From NCBI GenBank assembly GCA_038217285.1, contig JBBQPO010000223.1:1-10422 (forward strand): 10,422 nucleotides of DNA. Direction: 5' to 3'. Numbering within the stretch: position 1 is the first letter of the stretch; each line of letters opens with the position of its first letter. Below, piece by piece: positions 1-5,486 of the stretch. Under the pieces are notes generated by a model, which saw only the letters and a list, made by a program, of their open reading frames with translations, was not told the DNA's origin and did no database searches. This DNA is from Chthonomonadales bacterium (GTDB lineage Bacteria; Armatimonadota; Chthonomonadetes; Chthonomonadales; Chthonomonadaceae). The translations under genes were made by a program, and so were the position numbers.

Positions 1-277
1 CCCGATCGCCCACGGCGAAGGCCGCTATGTCTGCGACGAGGCGACCCTGCAGGAGTTGGAAGCGAATAGTCGTGTGCTGTTCCGTTACGTTAGTCCGGAG
101 GGAGAGGTCGATGAGGCCAGCAATCCCAACGGCTCGCTTGCCAATATCGCCGGTATCGCCAACGCCCGCTTCAACGTCATGGGCATGATGCCTCACCCCG
201 AACGCGCCGCCGAAAAGATCCTGGGCTCCGCCGATGGTCGGGCGCTGTTCGAATCGCTTCTGCTGACCCTCAAATAG
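1..277 (+). CDS. purQ: Phosphoribosylformylglycinamidine synthase glutaminase subunit PurQ, C-terminal part (5' truncated by window edge)
   Basis: Frame +2 from base 2 reads PIAHGEGRY...[12 protein letters not shown]...[11 protein letters not shown]...K-stop (TAG 275-277). PIAHGEG, NPNGS and MMPHPER (catalytic His-x-Glu) are PurQ signatures. The 73-aa track ORF is only the distal part. Confidence 0.97.
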   Translation, partial: PIAHGEGRYVCDEATLQELEANSRVLFRYVSPEGEVDEASNPNGSLANIAGIANARFNVMGMMPHPERAAEKILGSADGRALFESLLLTLK

Positions 278-288
278 ATTTTGGAGAG

Positions 289-1206
289 ATGACAATGCTG
301 CCTACTCCTTTTTTCATCGGGTTATCCCTGCTCGGAATGCTGGCGATGGCCGTCCTTCCGCAGGCGACACAGGCCGCCCCTCCCGCGAGTTCGCAGCCGC
401 TGCGATTGTGGGAGGGCGATGCGCCGGGGGCAATGGGCGCCGAGGCTGCCGATATTCCCACCCTGACCGTCTATGCACCTCCGCCCGAGAAATCTACGGG
501 CGCGGCGGTGGTGGTCTGTCCCGGCGGCGGATACGGCGGACTGGCGGATCATGAAGGCCGCCCCATTGCGGAGTGGCTGAACACCCTCGGTGTCACGGGT
601 GTCGTTCTCAAATACCGGCTCGGCCCTAAATATCATCATCCTGTCGAGATGGGCGACGTGGCGCGCGCGATCCGCACCGTTCGCTCCCATGCCGCCGACT
701 GGGGCCTCGATCCGCACCGCGTCGGCGTGCTGGGCTTCTCTGCGGGCGGGCATCTGGCCTCGACCGCTGCCACCCATTTCGACGCCGGCAGTCCGAGCGC
801 GACCGACCCGATAGATCGCCTCTCGTCCCGCCCCGATGTCGCCATCCTGATCTATCCGGTCATCACCTTCACGGACCCGTTTACCCACACTGGCTCGCGC
901 CACAACCTGCTCGGGGACAACCCCTCGCCCGACCTGATCACGCTGCTCTCCAACGAGAGACAGGTAACGCATCAGACGCCGCCGACCTTTCTCGTACACG
1001 GTGCGGACGACGGCGCGGTTCCTGCGGAGAATAGCCTGCTGTTCGCAATGGCCTGCCGCAAGGCCGGCGTTCCTGTGGAACTGCACCTCTACGAGCATGG
1101 CCCGCATGGGTTCGGCCTGGGCGGCAGCGACCCGGTCTTGAGCGCCTGGCCTGGAAGCTGCGCCAAATGGCTGGAGCATCGCGGTTTCCTGAAAAGGGAG
1201 AAATGA
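289..1206 (+). CDS. Secreted alpha/beta-hydrolase esterase (BD-FAE / acetylxylan-esterase-like)
   Basis: 305 aa with RBS GGAGAG before the ATG. Hydrophobic N-terminus ending ATQA (signal-like), oxyanion motif VCPGGGY, YRL, nucleophile elbow GFSAGG, acid HGADD and catalytic His in GPHGFG. Confidence 0.9.
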   Translation: MTMLPTPFFIGLSLLGMLAMAVLPQATQAAPPASSQPLRLWEGDAPGAMGAEAADIPTLTVYAPPPEKSTGAAVVVCPGGGYGGLADHEGRPIAEWLNTLGVTGVVLKYRLGPKYHHPVEMGDVARAIRTVRSHAADWGLDPHRVGVLGFSAGGHLASTAATHFDAGSPSATDPIDRLSSRPDVAILIYPVITFTDPFTHTGSRHNLLGDNPSPDLITLLSNERQVTHQTPPTFLVHGADDGAVPAENSLLFAMACRKAGVPVELHLYEHGPHGFGLGGSDPVLSAWPGSCAKWLEHRGFLKREK

Positions 1207-1213
1207 TCTCGCT

Positions 1214-2386
1214 ATGAAGCGCCATCTGCTTCTGCCACTCGTCTGGCTGGTATGGGCTGCGTCCGTGAACGGGCGAGGCGCGGAACAGCCTGCGGACGAC
1301 TCCCTTCCCTCTCCTGAGCAGCGGATCGCAGGTCGGGAGTTTCCGTCGGTGTTCCAGGCCTGGAGCCCGGCGGACAACCTGCCTGCGGAAGACCCCTGGA
1401 CCACGCTGGCGCGGCACGACCTCATCTTTCATGCGCCTGACTTCTTCGAACTGAAATGGGATACGGCGCCGACCGGCCTGGCGACTGGCTTCACGCCGGA
1501 GAGCGTCGCCGCCGCGCTCGCGCTGCGCAGCCAGCTTCTGGCCCGAAATCCGCATCTTGTCCTGCTGGCGGAAATTCGGTATCGGGACGCCCCTCGCTCC
1601 TATCTGCCCGCAGACTCTCCATGGTGGAAGCGCGACAGATCCGGAAAGTTTGTGATGGGCTGGGAAGAGGGCGGGTATATCCTGCTCGATCTCGCCAACC
1701 CAGCGTTCCAGCGGCAGGTGGCGGCGCAGGCGCGGGCGGCGGTGCGAAGCGGCGTTTTCGACGGCGTTATGCTCGACTGGTGGCAGGACGATGACGATCA
1801 CCTCGCCCTCATCAAGCAGGTGCGCGCCGCCATAGGTCGGGACGCGCTGATCCTGGGCAATGCAAACGACCACACGACTCCCCGCACAGCGCCCTACATC
1901 AACGGCTATTTCATGGAGTGCTATCGGAGCCGGACCGCCGAGGACTGGCAGCGTATCGCGGAGACGCTCGCCTGGGCAGAGAGACATCTGCGTACGCCGC
2001 GGATCGACTGTCTGGAGACCTGGTACCACACCTCTCGGCAGGATCTCGCCCTGATGCGGGCTACGACTGCCCTCGCCCTGACAGCCTCGGACGGCTACTG
2101 TCTCTTCTCCGATCCCAATCCCCTCCCAACACCGGACCATCTGCACAACTGGTACCCGTTCTGGGACAAGAGCCTGGGCAGTCCGCGTACGCGCGGCAGG
2201 AAACAGCCGGATGGGACGGTTCGCCGCGAATTCGCGCAGGGCGCCGTCGTCTACAACCCGATGGGCAACCCCGCGCGCACGATCACCTTCCCCGACGAGC
2301 GCCGCAGCATCGCCACCGGCATCACCTCCCGTACCCACACCCTCAACGCTCCGGACGGAGATCTCTACTTGCACCCGTCAAAATAG
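1214..2386 (+). CDS. Secreted putative glycoside hydrolase (TIM-barrel; resembles GHL15/GH168-like proteins)
   Basis: 390 aa with signal peptide MKRHLLLPLVWLVWAA. Aromatic-rich, with motifs YILLDLANPAFQ, FDGVMLDWW, NGYFMECY and a C-terminal beta domain (RREFAQGAVVYNP). It starts 7 nt after the esterase stop. The CDS is well supported, but the family assignment is from recall only. Confidence 0.65.
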   Translation: MKRHLLLPLVWLVWAASVNGRGAEQPADDSLPSPEQRIAGREFPSVFQAWSPADNLPAEDPWTTLARHDLIFHAPDFFELKWDTAPTGLATGFTPESVAAALALRSQLLARNPHLVLLAEIRYRDAPRSYLPADSPWWKRDRSGKFVMGWEEGGYILLDLANPAFQRQVAAQARAAVRSGVFDGVMLDWWQDDDDHLALIKQVRAAIGRDALILGNANDHTTPRTAPYINGYFMECYRSRTAEDWQRIAETLAWAERHLRTPRIDCLETWYHTSRQDLALMRATTALALTASDGYCLFSDPNPLPTPDHLHNWYPFWDKSLGSPRTRGRKQPDGTVRREFAQGAVVYNPMGNPARTITFPDERRSIATGITSRTHTLNAPDGDLYLHPSK

Positions 2387-2395
2387 CCCTCTGAC

Positions 2396-2438
2396 GAAAG
2401 CGAGCCGCCGAAACAGTCTGTTTCGGCGGCTCGCTTTC
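2396..2438. terminator. Perfect inverted repeat, probable bidirectional terminator between convergent genes
   Basis: GAAAGCGAGCCGCCGAAACAG (2396-2416), T, CTGTTTCGGCGGCTCGCTTTC (2418-2438). It lies between the stops at 2386 (+) and 2454 (-). Confidence 0.8.
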
Positions 2439-2453
2439 ACAAGATAGCGGCGT

Positions 2454-3809
2454 CTATTTCGGATGCGCGTTCGGCAGCTCTGCGGGTGGGATGATCCTGT
2501 CAGGGCGGGCGACGACGTTGAGGGTCATGGTCTGTTTCACGCCGTTGCGCTCGACTGTGATGGCAAGTTTATCGGCGGGATGCAGGCGCATAAACGTCGC
2601 ACGCACCCCCGACAACGACATGACGGGTTTGGCGTTCAGCTCGACAAGAATATCGCCCGGTTGAAGCCCGGCCTTCTGAGCAGGGGAATCGGGATAGATG
2701 CCACGGATGCGTACATATCGCACGACCTTGATGATGCCGTCTTCGTCGTTCACTTTGCGGTCAGGCTTCAGATCGACGCCCACCCAGGTGCGGACGATTT
2801 TGCCGTTGGCGATCAACTCCTTAATGGAGAACCGGAGATCGTTGATCGGAATGGCGAATCCTGTGCCGGTGACCGGCGGACGCAGAAACACGCGCATTGG
2901 CGGAATGCCATTCTGTTCCGTGGGAAACGGCGCCTGACCGAAGACGAACAGGTTCTTACCGTGGGCCTGCTCGGACTGGTCGGCGCGCGGTTCCGGCTGT
3001 GGCTTCTGTAATCGGGGCGCATCCGGCGGGAGATCTTTCTCCCGACCTCCTGGAGCAGGACGAAATGAGGGCTCGGTATAGACCTGTGTTTCCGTCCATT
3101 CTCCTGCGGGAACGCCCGCAATCACACCGATGACTTCGCCCCGTGCATTCAGAAGAGGCGCGCCGCTTGTGCCCGCGCCGATGGTTCCGGCGATCTGGAG
3201 CAGCGCTGGGTAGAAGTGGTCGCCGGTATGTGTGCCGTCGGTGCGAATGCCGGCGATCATCGCCAGTGCGACCGAATTGGCATGTCCGGCCTGATTGCCG
3301 ACAGAGATGGCGAAATGTCCTGCCGCTACCGTATCCGAGTCGCCTATTTTCAGCGCGGAGAGGTTGGCTTTTGCGGGGAGCTGAAGCACACCCAGGTTCA
3401 TTTCGGAATCGATGCCAACGATTTTAGCGCGCATCCGTGTGCCATCATCCGCAATAACCAACGGCCGTTGCATGCCTTCCACGACGTCTGCGGTCGTCAC
3501 TACATAACCATTGCCGATCAAAAAGCCGCTGCCCGACTTCGGCGCATTGGCGCGCTCCAGAGCGTTAGGCCCTCTCCGTCCCTGCTGGCCTGCAAGGCGT
3601 CGCGAGTCAGAGTTCGCGTCGGCCCGGTGCGGAGGCGGGGCTCCCTCATCCTCAATGGCAACAACCCCGCCTTTATTGGCGCGCACGATGGCGGCGATTT
3701 CGTTCTGCATCTGTTCCAGAAGGCCATCGGCATGGACCGCAGGGACCGCGCCGAGAAGCAGTAGGGCCGCCAGAACGAGCGGGAGGGTAATTTCAATTCG
3801 AGTTACCAT
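2454..3809 (-). CDS. HtrA/DegP-family trypsin-like protein with one PDZ domain; degenerate catalytic triad (probable pseudoprotease)
   Basis: 451 aa with a signal peptide ending AVHA. HtrA fold motifs SGSGFLI, LKIGDSD, GTSGAPLLNARGEVIGV and GFAIP; PDZ motifs RTWVGV and DSPAQKAGLQPGDIL. Triad positions read D108/N138/S215. The start overlaps the upstream stop (ATGGTAA). Confidence 0.9.
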   Translation of the reverse strand: MVTRIEITLPLVLAALLLLGAVPAVHADGLLEQMQNEIAAIVRANKGGVVAIEDEGAPPPHRADANSDSRRLAGQQGRRGPNALERANAPKSGSGFLIGNGYVVTTADVVEGMQRPLVIADDGTRMRAKIVGIDSEMNLGVLQLPAKANLSALKIGDSDTVAAGHFAISVGNQAGHANSVALAMIAGIRTDGTHTGDHFYPALLQIAGTIGAGTSGAPLLNARGEVIGVIAGVPAGEWTETQVYTEPSFRPAPGGREKDLPPDAPRLQKPQPEPRADQSEQAHGKNLFVFGQAPFPTEQNGIPPMRVFLRPPVTGTGFAIPINDLRFSIKELIANGKIVRTWVGVDLKPDRKVNDEDGIIKVVRYVRIRGIYPDSPAQKAGLQPGDILVELNAKPVMSLSGVRATFMRLHPADKLAITVERNGVKQTMTLNVVARPDRIIPPAELPNAHPK

Positions 3810-4648
3810 GCGCCACCGTCCTCGGTTCCGTCACTGGAGGCTGTCACGCCAGCTCCGGTCTGCGCCACCGGAATACTGCCCATGACATAACGGCGCGCTG
3901 GCTCCTCGTCCGCGGGCGGGGCGACCGGGTTCAAAACGAAGTTGCGCGGCTGCCGGCGAGGCGGGACGTTTCCGCCATCCAACTGCGCGGCATAGTCCGC
4001 AGGGATCGAAGCCGGTCTGGCCGGGCCTGCGAGCCGGGCGGCACGCGCATGCGGTCGGCGGCGCGGAGGCGACGATCTCGGCTCGACCGCAGGCCCGGCG
4101 TTTGCGTGGGGACTTGTGAGCCGTGTCACCGCGCCGGGGAAGAAGGAGCCAAAGCCCAAAAAGGAGGAGAGGAGGTCGTGCCCGCCTGCCTGCGGCTCCC
4201 TTTTCGCAACCATGCCCTCGGGCGGCGACGAAGCTTCGTGGACGGACGGCACACCCTGCTGCGGGCCATTCGGGCGCGGCGCATCGACAGTCTTCTTGGG
4301 GCCATGGGCGCCGCCGAAAAAGACGACGAGCAGCATAGCCGCCAGGGCGGTCCCGGCGCCCGCAAGCGTCAGGCGCGGCAGCAGATCGGCAGACCGGCGC
4401 GCGGCCTGCCGGTGGGTCGCCAGGCCGTGGCGTAGATCCTGCCAGGTCCTTTGCGAAGCCGGAATAGGCTGGCTTCGCGCCGCGCCCAGCATCCCGACCG
4501 TATATCGATAGGCCTCCGCCTCTGCCTGACAACGTGCGCACTGCTGTAGATGGCGCTCGACGTGCGCCGTCTCAGCCGCAGAGAGCCGCTGGGAGGAATA
4601 GTCCCAGAGACTATCAGACACTTTGCTGCATTCGCTTCTAAACCACAT
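3803..4648 (-). CDS. Membrane-anchored zinc-binding anti-sigma factor (ZAS / zf-HC2)
   Basis: 281 aa with C7-x25-H33-x3-C37-x2-C40 (HLQQCARC), one TM segment (LTLAGAGTALAAMLLVVFFGG) and a Pro/Arg-rich C-terminal region. It begins 5 nt after the ECF sigma stop. Confidence 0.88.
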   Translation of the reverse strand: MWFRSECSKVSDSLWDYSSQRLSAAETAHVERHLQQCARCQAEAEAYRYTVGMLGAARSQPIPASQRTWQDLRHGLATHRQAARRSADLLPRLTLAGAGTALAAMLLVVFFGGAHGPKKTVDAPRPNGPQQGVPSVHEASSPPEGMVAKREPQAGGHDLLSSFLGFGSFFPGAVTRLTSPHANAGPAVEPRSSPPRRRPHARAARLAGPARPASIPADYAAQLDGGNVPPRRQPRNFVLNPVAPPADEEPARRYVMGSIPVAQTGAGVTASSDGTEDGGAW

Positions 4649-4653
4649 TATTG

Positions 4654-5301
4654 CTAGCCCCCCGGCTTCATTAACGACGTCACACGCTCTTTCAACGCTC
4701 GCCGCGCCCGGAACAGACGGAGCTTCACGCTGGTGCGCGAACAGCCCAGGATGGCGGCGATCTCGTCATAATTCAGATCTTCGATCTCATGCAGTACGAT
4801 AATGATCCGCTGCGACTCCGGCATACCCCGCAGCACCCGGAAGATCGTGTCGGTCATCTCGTTGCGCTGTACGATGGCGAGCGGATCTTCGGACTCGCTG
4901 CTGGCGCCCATCTGCTCGTCCCGCAGCGTCGAATCATACACGACCTTACGGCGATCCCAGGACTTGATACGATCCCGGCACAGGTTGCCGCATATCTTCA
5001 ACAGCCAGGTCTGGAGACTGGACTCGCTGCGAAATGACTTGATGGCCTGATACGCTCGCAGAAAAGTATCCTGTTTGATATCGTCGGCGTCTTCGCGGTT
5101 GCCCAGAAGATGGTAGGCGTAGCGAAACACCTGGCGCTCATACTGTGCATAGACCTGTGCAAACGCATCCTGGTCCCCGGCACGGCAGCGCGTCACCAGT
5201 TGATCTTCGACTCCTGGCATTCTCACCCCGGTCGTGGCAATCATGTTCGATTGTCGCCCTCCTGTCTGTACAGAAAGGTTAGACGACGCTCTGTTCGCCA
5301 T
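4654..5301 (-). CDS. ECF-type sigma-70 factor (start uncertain: ATG 5301, 5244 or 5220)
   Basis: Region 2: DADDIKQDTFLRAYQAIKSFRSESSLQTWLLKICGNLCRD. Region 4: MPESQRIIIVLHEIEDLNYDEIAAILGCSRTSVKLRLFRAR. ATG 5301 follows AAGGG; ATG 5244 follows AGGAGG at 13 nt. The track start at 5427 overlaps the purL promoter and is unlikely. Confidence 0.93.
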   Translation of the reverse strand: MANRASSNLSVQTGGRQSNMIATTGVRMPGVEDQLVTRCRAGDQDAFAQVYAQYERQVFRYAYHLLGNREDADDIKQDTFLRAYQAIKSFRSESSLQTWLLKICGNLCRDRIKSWDRRKVVYDSTLRDEQMGASSESEDPLAIVQRNEMTDTIFRVLRGMPESQRIIIVLHEIEDLNYDEIAAILGCSRTSVKLRLFRARRALKERVTSLMKPGG

Positions 5302-5382
5302 GTATCGCCCTTTTCCATGCCTGGACGGACGCTTACCCGCCAAACATTTCGGCTCGACCGGTTTCCGCCCGTTCGGGACGGG

Positions 5383-5412
5383 TTGACCCTCGCCCGCGTG
5401 ATGGGCTATACT
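5383..5412 (+). promoter_or_regulatory. Housekeeping sigma-70-type promoter for purL
   Basis: TTGACC (5383-5388), an 18-nt spacer and TATACT (5407-5412); each box is a 5/6 match to consensus and lies in the divergent intergenic region. Confidence 0.7.
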
Positions 5413-5436
5413 AAGAGCAGGATTCAATACGTGCCG

Positions 5437-5467
5437 GAGGCGCAGTGTCTGCGCCTCTTTGTGTTTG
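5437..5467 (+). terminator. Intrinsic-terminator-like hairpin in the purL leader (possible attenuator)
   Basis: GAGGCGCAG-TGT-CTGCGCCTC (9-bp perfect stem) followed by TTTGTGTTTG. The U-rich tail is present on the + strand only. Confidence 0.55.
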
Positions 5468-5486
5468 TGATGGAGGAGAAGACGCT

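Noticed and set aside
938-2374. 478-aa and 367-aa (322-1425) minus-strand ORFs
   Set aside because: They overlap the well-supported esterase and GH genes on the opposite strand, with Arg/Gly-rich shadow composition.
278-5382. Accessory block as a mobile element or genomic island
   Set aside because: No integrase, transposase, tRNA, terminal repeats or target-site duplication were seen.
5302-5486. Track starts at 5427 (sigma) and 5445 (purL)
   Set aside because: They overlap the promoter and the leader hairpin; downstream starts have better RBS support and fit the family lengths.
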